Assembly (NCBI GenBank): GCA_000388065.2
Contig: KB932203.1
Strand: one strand, 5' to 3'
DNA from: Fonticula alba ATCC 38817
Lineage: Eukaryota > Protista > Nucleariida
Length of the DNA: 12,038 nucleotides
Under the pieces are notes generated by a model that saw only the letters and a list, made by a program, of their open reading frames with translations, was not told the origin of the DNA and searched no databases. The translations under genes and the position numbers were made by a program. Shown here piece after piece: positions 1 to 10,248 of the stretch (its first letter is position 1; the number at the start of each line of letters is the position of its first letter).

Positions 1-34
1 TGGGATCTGCTTGGGCGATTGTTTCAAGGCGCGA
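1..34 (+). repeat. Copy 1 of an exact 34-bp direct repeat
   Basis: tgggatctgcttgggcgattgtttcaaggcgcga is identical to 2195-2228. Confidence 0.97.
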
Positions 35-366
35 TGATCACGCGCACATCACGCCGATGTAGCTGTACCGTGGGGCGATCGAGCTCCCTCCGCGCCCCCC
101 CCCCCCCCGGGCCGGTTGTGGCGTCTCCGGCGGGGCGCCGCACACACGCCTGCCCAGAGGGGGCGGGGGGAGGGGCATGTACGGGTAAGTTCTCCGACTT
201 TCTCCGGGTGTCCTTGCACGCGCAATGGCCGCCGGCAAGGCTTTTCGGCAGGGTAACTCCGCTGGCTGCCGTCAGGCGCAGGGTAGCTCATCTGCTCCCT
301 CCCCTACTCTCGCCCCTCCCCCTCCCTCCTTTCTCCTCCCCCTTCCGAAGCCACACATCCACGCAC

Positions 367-367
367 A

Positions 368-407
<40 letters not shown>

Positions 408-414
408 CACACAC
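367..414 (+). repeat. (ACGC)10(AC)4 microsatellite abutting the SDE2 start codon
   Basis: Read directly; the ATG follows at 415. Confidence 0.95.
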
Positions 415-1828
415 ATGTCGCCCACTCCCCTGCTGCCCGCCGGCCTGGACGAGGTCACTACTTTCCGCCAGCTGGAGGCTCTTCTGGACGAGGAGGCCCT
501 GATGGCGGCCTGCCTGGAGTCCGGGGTCGGGCTCGGGCCTGAGCGCATGCGCCTCTGCTGCCCCGCCACCGGTCGGCCGCTCTCGCATCTGCTTCGGGCA
601 TCGGCCGCCGGTCAGCAGGCCATGAGCCTGGATCTGGCGGCCGGTCCGGCGTCTCGCCGGCAAGCCTATCTGGCCCTGCGTGGCGCAGCATCCGCCCTCC
701 CTGCCGGGACCGTCTCCCTGGTCCCCTGTGCCATCGGTGGCAAGGGTGGCTTCGGTAGCATGCTCCGCAGCCAGGGTGGCAAGATGGCCTCCAAGGCCAC
801 CACCAACTTCGATGCCTGCCGCGACCTGTCAGGCCGGCGTCTCGGCGACATTCGCAATGAGCAGGCGTACGTGCCCGCCCACCCGCTCCTTCCTCAGTCG
901 TGCTCTCCTGCCTGCCTGCACACGCCTTGATGCTTTCGTCCTTTGTCGCGAAGGAGAAAAAGACGACTGCCCAACTCACATATCGCCCCTCCTGCCCCCC
1001 CCCCCCCCCCCCCCCCCCGCCGCCCCTCTCGATCCTCATGTGCACAGCCGGCGCGAGCGTGCCGAAATCCTGGCCGCACTGGAGCGTGAGCGCCAGCAAC
1101 GCGAGGCAGCGCAGGTTGCGCGCGCGCTAGAGATCGCCCGCAACAGTGCCCCCACCGGGGCCGGAGCCGACGTTCTGTCGGTCGATGTGGAGCATCTGGC
1201 GCGTGAGGCCGCCCGGCAGGAGGCCATGAAGAAGACCTTCCTCGATGCGGACTTCCATGACGAGCGCCAGGCTCTGGAGGACCGCGTGTCCGACGCCGTG
1301 GATGAGGGTGCGTCCGGCCCTTTGTTCATTCCCGTTCTCCTTGTCTCTCGCGTTGCTGACTCGACTATTCGCCTGTCCTTGTTTTCCCCCATGCCGCCCT
1401 TCTTCCTGGCATCTCCTCCTCTCTCGTTCTTCCTCTCGTTCTTCCTCTCTCCCCTACTTGACCGCTTGCTCTTTCAGCGATGGCCCGCCACTTCCAGAAG
1501 AGGTCTCCTTCCGGCTCGCCGCCCTCCTCGCCCAGCGGTGCCTCAACCACGGCCCCCTCTTCGCCTGGGCCGGTCGCCGCTGCCGCCGCCGCTGCCACCA
1601 CCACCACCACTGCCGCCGCCGCCGCCGCTCCCGTCACCACCGCCGCCCCTCCCGCCAAGAAGAGTCTCTCCAGCTGGTGCGCGCACGCATGTTCCGGGTC
1701 CCCCCCCCCAATGTTTCTATCATTCTCGCTCCCCACATCGTATGCTGACCGCCCCGGATATGCTTCCTCGCACCTACAGGGATGTCGACGGTGATCTCTC
1801 CGACTCCGACGACTCGGACTCCGATTAG
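415..1828 (+). CDS. SDE2: SDE2 ubiquitin-fold-activated splicing/replication-stress factor, 4 exons: join(415..866,1048..1307,1478..1676,1780..1828), 319 aa
   Basis: Contains the hallmark motif [36 protein letters not shown] after a ~109-aa N-terminal domain, then a helical region ([22 protein letters not shown]...[13 protein letters not shown]) and an acidic tail ([16 protein letters not shown]). Introns 867-1047 (GTACGT..CAG), 1308-1477 (GTGCGT..CAG) and 1677-1779 (GTGCGC..CAG) are phase-consistent; total 960 nt. The start at 415 is inferred as the first ATG after the microsatellite. Confidence 0.93.
736..753 (+). other. Predicted SDE2 ubiquitin-fold cleavage site, GG|KGGF (scissile bond between codons ending 741 and starting 742)
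   Basis: ggt ggc aag ggt ggc ttc = GGKGGF. SDE2 proteins are known to be cleaved after the di-glycine, exposing an N-terminal Lys. Confidence 0.85.
995..1018 (+). repeat. Poly-C tract (~C24) in SDE2 intron 1
   Basis: Read directly; exact homopolymer length is unreliable. Confidence 0.9.
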
Positions 1829-1966
1829 ATGGGCCTACCTCGCGCGACTGTCGTCAACCCTCTCGGCCAAGGGCAGGGGTGCCCTGTACATTACACGCCC
1901 TCCCCCTCCCTGCCCCCTTCCCCCGGCCTCAAGCGCGCATCCTCTCCTTGTCGCGCTCTCCCACCC

Positions 1967-2006
1967 GCGCGCGCGCGCGCGCACACACACACACACACGC
2001 GCGCGC
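1967..2006 (+). repeat. Compound (GC)n(AC)n(GC)n alternating purine-pyrimidine microsatellite in the SDE2 3' flank
   Basis: Read directly. Similar tracts occur at about 5195-5240, 7905-7933 and 10204-10248. Confidence 0.9.
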
Positions 2007-2194
2007 CTGTACAATACATTCTTAATATTCCAATGCATGCACACATCCATGAGCAATCCGAAGAGCGGGCAGCAATCGACAAGCCCGCGCCCATGGCATC
2101 TATTTGCTGGACATTCATCCCCGCCAAAGGGGGGAAATAGACCCAGTCAACAGGAGAGAGAGAGAGAGAGAGAGGAAGGGAGGGAGGGGGGGGG

Positions 2195-2228
2195 TGGGAT
2201 CTGCTTGGGCGATTGTTTCAAGGCGCGA
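2195..2228 (+). repeat. Copy 2 of the 34-bp direct repeat, preceded by a G-run and cut by the N gap
   Basis: Identical to 1-34, offset 2194 bp. Confidence 0.97.
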
Positions 2229-3064
2229 NNNNNNNNNNNNNNNNNNNNNNNNNNNNNNNNNNNNNNNNNNNNNNNNNNNNNNNNNNNNNNNNNNNNNNNN
2301 NNNNNNNNNNNNNNNNNNNNNNNNNNNNNNNNNNNNNNNNNNNNNNNNNNNNNNNNNNNNNNNNNNNNNNNNNNNNNNNNNNNNNNNNNNNNNNNNNNNN
2401 NNNNNNNNNNNNNNNNNNNNNNNNNNNNNNNNNNNNNNNNNNNNNNNNNNNNNNNNNNNNNNNNNNNNNNNNNNNNNNNNNNNNNNNNNNNNNNNNNNNN
2501 NNNNNNNNNNNNNNNNNNNNNNNNNNNNNNNNNNNNNNNNNNNNNNNNNNNNNNNNNNNNNNNNNNNNNNNNNNNNNNNNNNNNNNNNNNNNNNNNNNNN
2601 NNNNNNNNNNNNNNNNNNNNNNNNNNNNNNNNNNNNNNNNNNNNNNNNNNNNNNNNNNNNNNNNNNNNNNNNNNNNNNNNNNNNNNNNNNNNNNNNNNNN
2701 NNNNNNNNNNNNNNNNNNNNNNNNNNNNNNNNNNNNNNNNNNNNNNNNNNNNNNNNNNNNNNNNNNNNNNNNNNNNNNNNNNNNNNNNNNNNNNNNNNNN
2801 NNNNNNNNNNNNNNNNNNNNNNNNNNNNNNNNNNNNNNNNNNNNNNNNNNNNNNNNNNNNNNNNNNNNNNNNNNNNNNNNNNNNNNNNNNNNNNNNNNNN
2901 NNNNNNNNNNNNNNNNNNNNNNNNNNNNNNNNNNNNNNNNNNNNNNNNNNNNNNNNNNNNNNNNNNNNNNNNNNNNNNNNNNNNNNNNNNNNNNNNNNNN
3001 NNNNNNNNNNNNNNNNNNNNNNNNNNNNNNNNNNNNNNNNNNNNNNNNNNNNNNNNNNNNNNNN
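2229..3064. other. Assembly gap (836 N), expected to hide the penultimate PRP6 exon(s)
   Basis: N run flanked by (TG)14 at 3065-3092. The PRP6 region between MARG and PRHG is absent from the visible sequence. Confidence 0.9.
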
Positions 3065-3096
<32 letters not shown>

Positions 3097-3154
3097 CAGG
3101 GCCTGAAGGACCGGGGAAAATGCCCAAAACAAGGGCGGCAATTCCGGGACGCAC

Positions 3155-6100
3155 CGCGAGCCATGGTCGACCGAGCGTCGGCCATCTGCCCGGAGAGGAC
3201 CTCCAGCTCAACGGACTCGAGCCTGAGATCACAGACAGCGAAACCAAAGGGAGACAGAGAGAGAGAGAGAAGCAACGCGAGGAGTAGGCAGTGTTAATAT
3301 GCACACCGGCGCGCGCAGGGTGGCAAGCGGCAGCCAATCCCCCCACCCCAGCTGGCCACAGTGGCCCGACATACCAAATAAGCTCGTCCTTCGGGACGGT
3401 GGTCCGCGCGCGCTGGAGGATGGCCCGCGCGGTGGCAATCCCCCGGGGGGTGGCCTCGGTCGGCTGGCTGCCGGCCTGCACCGCGGCGAACTCCAACTCC
3501 AGCTTGGCCAGCAGACGCCACAGGGGCGAGCTCGTGGGGCAAGCCTTGATCTGAGGGAGCACATGTGTATGTCAGTGTGCGTGTGCAGCCCCATGTGGGC
3601 GCGCAGCCAAAAGGGAGGCAAAGGCCAGAGAAGCGAGGGGCGAGCAAAAGGCAACACACGAGGCCCGACGCAAAGGACCAACACCCCCGCGATGGCCATG
3701 GCAACCATGCCTCTCCGCCGCCCGGGCGCCCTCGCTCCGCAGGTACTCCGCCATGTGACGTACCCCCTGCTTGAAGAAGTCACGCGCAGCCTCATACTTC
3801 TGGGCCGTCTGCGCCGCCTTGCCGGCAATCATGTACAGCTTCGGGCTCTTGGGGAAGCGTTGAATGGCCTCAACGGCCAGGGCACGGACCGAGTCCCATG
3901 CCCGCAAGGCGGCATCCTGCCGGGTGAATGTCTCGGCCGCCGTGCCGCCGTGCAGCCGCTCGAAGGCCAGGGACTTGACCCAGATCTAGTGCACCGGCAT
4001 CCGGCCCCAGTGGCCAAAGGGAGGTGAGTGACGCGCGCGGGCCCCCGAGACGGGACTCATGTTGAGAGGCGAAGTGGGGCCGGAGGAGAAAAGGAAGAAA
4101 GAAAGCAAGAAAGAGGCCATGGCAAGGGCAGGAGAAGACGCACACGCTCGGTCGCCGCCTTGATTCGAGCACTGTTGAGCAGGGCTCGCGCGCGCGCAAA
4201 CTCCTTGGCCTCGGCCTCCACCTGGACGGCCGACAGCCAAATGGACTCGGCATTGGCATTGGCCTCGAAGGCGGCCGCCAGGACCGACCGCGCCCCGGCG
4301 AAGTCCCCCCGGCTGAGCCGGTGCTTGGCCGACATGAGCCAAAGCTTCTCCGCGTGTGGGCACTGCTTGACCGCTCGGTCGAGCAGGGCCTCGTACGCCT
4401 CGCTGCGGTGTGGTCAAGAGCGGGAGACCAGTCGGGGGATGTCAGCAGCAGCCCCACCTGGCCATGGGGGCAAAGGCAAAGGAGTGAGGTTTCGGGCGAT
4501 GCCCCCCCCCCCTCCCGACTTTCAGACGGGATACGCACAGGGTGCCATGCTTCTTTTCGAAGTCCGCGGCAATGGTCCAAAGGTCGGCTCGATCCGGCAG
4601 CTGGGTCAGAGCGAAGGTGTAAACCGCGCGCGCGGTCTCGATTGATCCGCGAGAAATGAGCTACAAGCGTGGGCGTCGGGTGCGAAGGAAGGATCCACGG
4701 CCAAGTATGCATGTCAGACAATGTTCGGCACCCGGGTCAGAGATATGTGTTCCAAGCGCCCGAGAGCCGGAGCCAGGAGGAGGCAATCGCGGCACGCACA
4801 TCCTCGGCGTCTTGGATCCAGGTCTTCAGGCGGTCCGAGGACTCGACGCCCAGGCCGATGGTATTACGACTACATGCATCCCCCCGCCCCGCCCCCACCC
4901 AGGACGCAGGTTAGACAACAGCCAAGGCCAAGGACAGAATGAGGAGAGGGGCGAAGAAGGCAGGGCACGTCGAAGGCCCACATGCGACCCGCCCGGGACG
5001 TGCACACGCGACGCACATAATGGCCTGGCAACTGAGAGGATGGCCGGAGGCCTCGCACAGCTCGGCCTGCTCGGTCCAATCACGGCGAATGAGCTGCAAG
5101 TTGGCCGATGCGCTGTGCTGCGCCACAGCTGTGTGGCGACAGGGCGATCGGGGAAGGGTGCTCGAGTTAGTCGGAGGGCAGTGCCCCGGGCAGATGTATG
5201 CGCGCGCGCGCGCGCGCGCGTGTATGTGTGTGTGTATGTGACAGAGCCACCGCACTTGGGCCAGTGGGCCAGGCGCATGGCAGCAGGGTAACAAGGTGGC
5301 CAAGGCGGAGCGCGCACCATTTTTGAAGAGAATATCCATACGCTGAAGGGCCGTCTGCGCCTGGCTCGAGGTGGGGTCCTCGCAACTGTTGTAGATGGAC
5401 TCCTGAAGCTGGCAGCCGGCCACAAACACCTCGATCTTGCCGGGACATGCGCGTCGGGCGGCGTTGAGAATCTGGCGACCATCCACGCAGGCGAAGAAAG
5501 GCAGGGAGGAGGGCGGGGGGGGGGATCGTTAGTGGAAGAAAAAACGAGCAAGCATTGGGCCAGCTCGCTGGTGCAACAGCATCCGCGAAGACGTCACTGG
5601 GCGAAATCAACATCGAGGCGGCAAGCCGGCACAAGAGGGAACATCCCCGCGCGTACCTTGGCCGCGCGATCGAAGGTCTCCAGCCTAGCATAAGCCAGCC
5701 AAAGCTCCACCGAATCCGGCACACACTCGACCGCATGCGCCAGCAGGGCCTTGGCATCCTCCGGGTTTTCCTCCAGCTCGACCGCCTCGCGCCACAGACG
5801 CAGAGATTGGGGGATGTGGTCCAGCGCCCGGCGCAAGACGCGTCGGCGCTGCTCGACGCTCCCCTCCAGTTGGCAGGCCTCCATCCAGAGGGTCACCGAG
5901 GTGGGGATCCGCCGCAGGGCATTGGCCAGGATGATCTTGGCGTTCTCGGGCGACTGCCGATCGGGTTGGGAGGAGGGCGGCAGGTCAGACAAGGTGCCGA
6001 ACGGCGACATACAAGCCACCGGCAAAAGGCACGCATGGGAGAGAGGGGGAGGGAGGGAGAAAGGGAGAAGCCCGACGTACGTTCATGCGCGCGGCCTCCA

Positions 6101-6287
6101 GCCAGACGTCCGGGTCGGAGGCACACGCCTCGCAGCCACGCGCAATCACCCGACGCGCCTCGGCCACCTTGCCGTCGGCAAATTCCAGGCGCGCGTAGGA
6201 AATCCACCCGGCCGCGTAGCCAGGGTTGGACTTGACCAGGGCCTTGAACATTTCGCGATTACCGCTCAGGCTCCTGCGGAGCGCCCA

Positions 6288-6330
<43 letters not shown>

Positions 6331-8036
6331 AGAGAAGGGGGGGGGGGGGGGGGGGGGAGAAACACGCGAGAGAGGGGGGGGCGGGGGGGAGGAGGGGGGG
6401 GAGAGGGGGGAAAGGGTTCGCCAGGGGGCGGGCGGGGAGACGTGGGAAGGGGGGCGGGGGGGGGGGGGAAGGGGGGGGGGGGGGGGAGGAGGGGAAGAGG
6501 CCACGGGAGGGGGGGGGGGGGGGAAGAGAAGGACACATATGCGCATGCAAACATGCGCGCTTAGGTGAAGAATTGCTCGACACGGTCGCCGACCGACAGG
6601 AGAATTTCCGCCACGCCGGAGCCCTGGCCCGGGGGAGCCGGGGCCTCCTCCTCAGCCGGGGGCGCCCCCTCGGCCGCCCCCTCGCGCTGCCGAATGAGGG
6701 CCGACGCCGTGACCGACAGGCCGAGGGCCACAGACAGCTCGGCCTCCGACCGAGCCGCGGCCCAAATCCACCCATGCCGGGGGGCGGCNNNNNNNNNNGG
6801 GGGGGGGGCACGCACACTTGTTCACGGGCCGAGCTCTCCGTGCCGCCGGCCGCCGGGACATAGCTCTTGGCGTCCACCACCGACTGCCCGGTGACCGAGT
6901 CCGACACGCGGTCCAGCGTGGACCCAAGCATCGCCCCACGCATCTGCCCATAGGCTCGAAGGTCGGACATGGGTGTGGTCAAGCCCTGGGCAGAGGGGGG
7001 CGGAGGGAGTGTGCGGCGAGCCACAGAAAGAGACAGGATTAGATGGGCAGGGGGCGGGGGAGAGAGAGAGAGAGATAGAGATAGAGCAGGCAAGGGGTGG
7101 GAGAAAGCCACATTCGCAAGAGGGCCATGGCCGGAGCCGGCACGGTACGCACATCATCCGCCGGGGGGATGGCCGCATCCATGGCCCCAGTGTTGCGGAC
7201 CTGATCGATGACCGAGTCGGGCATGGGTGTGTATCTTCATCATAGTGTGGCGTGTGAGCGTGGGCACGGGCGTGGGCGCAGGCGGCAGCCAGACAGGCAT
7301 CCCGACACAATGGCAGGGCGCGACAGGCGGAAAGGGACATGCAAGGGGGGGGGGGGAGGGGGACCAAAGAGGCAAAAAGAAGCAAAGGAAGGACAATTGC
7401 AAGAGCCCGGACTCCCCCCTTCGAGGGCGCTGCAGAGAAAGTCCCACAAGGGGCGCCTCACGACGTACCGGTCCTCGCGTCGTGGCCGCTTGGGGCCGCC
7501 GACGATGCGGCCCGCCTCCGGCAGGTTGTCCCACTGGGCCGCGGTGATTTGACCGAGGTCCTTCTTCAAGTCGGCGAATTGGGCACTAATGCTGACAGCC
7601 TCGGTCTCGGCGGCGTCTGGCACGGTGTTCGCGGCCGCGCCCCGGCGATGGCGCTTCCGCTCGCTGATCTTCCGGTCAATGGCCGCATAAATCTCCTCGG
7701 CCTCGCGGTCCTGCGCGTCCAGCTGCTCGGCCGCCTGCCGGCGCTGGGCCTCGTCATCCGAGTCGTAGCCCTCGTCGCCGCCATGCGAGTCCAGCGGGTC
7801 TCCACTCGAGGTGTCAGGCGCCGGGCCGATATCGGACCGGGTGGTGAAGGGCTTGGCACTGGGGCGGGGGGCGGAGGGCGGGGGCGAGGCAGGGTCAGTC
7901 AAGAGCACACACACACACACACAGACACACACATGGGCACACAGCCGGACGATGCGCACCCTCGTCCGGCACCGGGCACATAGCCCGGCGGGGGGGTCGG
8001 AGACGAGAAGTACTGGCGAAGCCGGCGGTCGCTCAT
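3155..8036 (-). CDS. PRPF6: Pre-mRNA splicing factor PRP6 (U5-102K, HAT/TPR repeats), exons 1-14, 3'-incomplete: 8036-7960, 7858-7469, 7234-7153, 6985-6816, 6273-6081, 5953-5657, 5471-5318, 5128-5017, 4869-4800, 4660-4539, 4402-4144, 3985-3764, 3550-3375, 3222-3155
   Basis: The spliced product shows PRP6 hallmarks: PPGYVPGAGRGAKPFTTRSDIGP, ISAQFADLKKDLGQITAAQWDNLPE, RVSDSVTGQSVVDAKSY, NPGYAAGWISYARLE, PDSVELWLAYARLETFDRAAK, LGVESSDRLKTWIQDAE, CPHAEKLWLMSAK, CPTSSPLWRLLAKLE, IWLESVELE. All 13 internal introns are GT-AG and phase-consistent (2392 nt, about 797 codons). The donor after 3155 opens an intron that runs into the 836-N gap. Confidence 0.96.
6288..6532 (+). repeat. Low-complexity poly-G / G-A tract (G42 at 6288-6329), i.e. 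poly-C on the PRP6 sense strand
   Basis: Read directly; it joins the displaced PRP6 3' end to the exon 5 acceptor. Confidence 0.92.
6561..6788 (-). CDS. PRPF6: Displaced C-terminal coding segment of PRP6 (75 aa plus TAA), located inside apparent intron 4
   Basis: AAPRHGWIWAAARSE...GVAEILLSVGDRVEQFFT* matches the PRP6 C-terminus as I recall it (human EPRHGELWCAVSKD...KIGDILRLVAGRIKNTF*). It starts immediately at the 10-N gap and ends in TAA at 6563-6561. Confidence 0.8.
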   Translation of the reverse strand, partial: AAPRHGWIWAAARSEAELSVALGLSVTASALIRQREGAAEGAPPAEEEAPAPPGQGSGVAEILLSVGDRVEQFFT

Positions 8037-8961
8037 TGCCGTCGATGGGGCGCCGGGGTGGGTGGGAGGAAGGCGAGCAGAAGTATGCCAGGCGACGAGG
8101 GGGGAAGGGAGAGCAGCAGCAGCAGCAGCAGCAGCAGTAGCCAAGGGAGGGCGGGGGAGGGGGCGAGACAGAGAGAGAGAGGGGGGGGGAGGGATATGTG
8201 CGTGTATGTCTGGATGGGAGGGGTGTGAAGACAGATGGACAGGGCGCCCGGCAGGGCTGAGCCTCTTGGGCGAGAGGGGCCAGCGGCGCAGGCGGGGGAC
8301 CGCCCCCGGCGATCGCGCGCACGCCCCGGCCCAGTGGCCTGGGAACCGGAACGGCTCTCTAGCGCGGCGTCTGCCTCTCCCTCGCTCCCTCGGCCGCGGC
8401 ACCGGACACAGGCAGACACACCCGTGCCGGGCCCGCCCGGCCGACGCTAAAAAAGATCCCCCCCGAGACAGGCCCCACCTCCCGAGAGGCCGGCCGCGGC
8501 CGAGGACGAGGCCGCGCTTGCGCGATGCCCGCCCTGCAGACAGGTGCGCCGGGAGTCGGCCTGGCGCGGGAACAGCATCACATGCTCCTTGTCCTTCCGT
8601 TGGCATGCTACTGGGTGTCTGAAAGTGCAGAAAGACCCGGCCTGGGCGGGCAGCGACCTGGCGCCCGGACCAGGCCCGGAGTCCGGCCGCGCCCGGGGCT
8701 TGGATCTGGAAAAATAAACAATCGGCCGGGTGCCGCCCCCCCCCCCCCCCCCCCCCAGACCTGCACCGCCGGCCGCGCCCGGCTCCGAGTCAGGGCGGTA
8801 GACCGCGGGCCGGGGGCCGTCGGGGCGGGGAGGTGGCATTCCGCCCCGGCTACGGGGTCGGAGCGAGTGAGGCCGACAAGCACACTACCACAGCATGGTC
8901 GAGTGGACCCGGTCCCGGCACTTCGGGGCGCCCGGAGCCTGGCAGCAAATCAACCCCCCCC
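8037..8961. promoter_or_regulatory. Probable divergent (bidirectional) promoter/5'UTR region between PRP6 (-) and VPS39 (+)
   Basis: Inferred from gene orientation only. Very GC-rich, contains (CAG)8 at 8114-8137 and C21 at 8736-8756, and has no recognisable protein. Confidence 0.45.
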
Positions 8962-9838
8962 NNNNNNNNNNNNNNNNNNNNNNNNNNNNNNNNNNNNNNN
9001 NNNNNNNNNNNNNNNNNNNNNNNNNNNNNNNNNNNNNNNNNNNNNNNNNNNNNNNNNNNNNNNNNNNNNNNNNNNNNNNNNNNNNNNNNNNNNNNNNNNN
9101 NNNNNNNNNNNNNNNNNNNNNNNNNNNNNNNNNNNNNNNNNNNNNNNNNNNNNNNNNNNNNNNNNNNNNNNNNNNNNNNNNNNNNNNNNNNNNNNNNNNN
9201 NNNNNNNNNNNNNNNNNNNNNNNNNNNNNNNNNNNNNNNNNNNNNNNNNNNNNNNNNNNNNNNNNNNNNNNNNNNNNNNNNNNNNNNNNNNNNNNNNNNN
9301 NNNNNNNNNNNNNNNNNNNNNNNNNNNNNNNNNNNNNNNNNNNNNNNNNNNNNNNNNNNNNNNNNNNNNNNNNNNNNNNNNNNNNNNNNNNNNNNNNNNN
9401 NNNNNNNNNNNNNNNNNNNNNNNNNNNNNNNNNNNNNNNNNNNNNNNNNNNNNNNNNNNNNNNNNNNNNNNNNNNNNNNNNNNNNNNNNNNNNNNNNNNN
9501 NNNNNNNNNNNNNNNNNNNNNNNNNNNNNNNNNNNNNNNNNNNNNNNNNNNNNNNNNNNNNNNNNNNNNNNNNNNNNNNNNNNNNNNNNNNNNNNNNNNN
9601 NNNNNNNNNNNNNNNNNNNNNNNNNNNNNNNNNNNNNNNNNNNNNNNNNNNNNNNNNNNNNNNNNNNNNNNNNNNNNNNNNNNNNNNNNNNNNNNNNNNN
9701 NNNNNNNNNNNNNNNNNNNNNNNNNNNNNNNNNNNNNNNNNNNNNNNNNNNNNNNNNNNNNNNNNNNNNNNNNNNNNNNNNNNNNNNNNNNNNNNNNNNN
9801 NNNNNNNNNNNNNNNNNNNNNNNNNNNNNNNNNNNNNC
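8962..9838. other. Assembly gap (877 N) at the position where the VPS39 5' exons are expected
   Basis: N run; the sequence after it begins inside an intron of the VPS39-like gene. Confidence 0.9.
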
Positions 9839-9973
9839 CCGCCTGGCCCCCTTGGGCCGGTGTGTACTGACTGCTGGCTGTCCTGTTCGCCCTTTCGGCT
9901 CCTCGCTCCCCCCCCCCCTTCACACACCCACACCCAAACCCACACCCACGCGCACGCGCACATGTGCTGGCAG

Positions 9974-10216
9974 TCCTTCTCGGTAGATGTCCCTCTACTG
10001 TCGGTGGGCATCATCGGACCGAACATCGTCATGGCCTCGGCCAAGGACATCCACTTGCACCGGCTGGATCAGACCTTGACCGCGGACAAGAACGTTGCGT
10101 CTGCCAGCGACAAGCTGAAGCTCACGTCGCTGACGTCACACAACACCCCGCGGCCGCTCTTCATCCGGACGCACAACCGCCTTTGCGTGTACATCGACAA
10201 CAGTGCGCGCGCACAC

Positions 10217-10248
<32 letters not shown>

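Noticed and set aside
19-414. 132-aa N-terminal extension of SDE2 given by ORF 19..930
   Set aside because: It reads through low-complexity sequence and the (ACGC)n microsatellite with no SDE2-like content; ATG 415 gives a normal-sized ubiquitin-fold region.
1565-1660. Ala/Thr homopolymer runs (GCC/ACC repeats) in SDE2 exon 3
   Set aside because: This is an ordinary low-complexity linker in a GC-rich genome.
3105-3154. 50-nt intron ending at CAG 3106 that would continue PRP6 as G-PVYTHTH
   Set aside because: It does not give the expected ALQECP-like sequence and runs into the (CA)n repeat; the true acceptor is probably in the gap.
1782-3562. Long ORFs (300-470 aa) spanning 2229-3064
   Set aside because: Their length comes from translating N runs; only the PRP6 exon portions are real.
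5751-6863. Gly-rich and Pro-rich ORFs on both strands over the G/C tracts (also 11440-11953)
   Set aside because: They are translations of homopolymer and low-complexity intron sequence, or antisense to PRP6/VPS39 exons.
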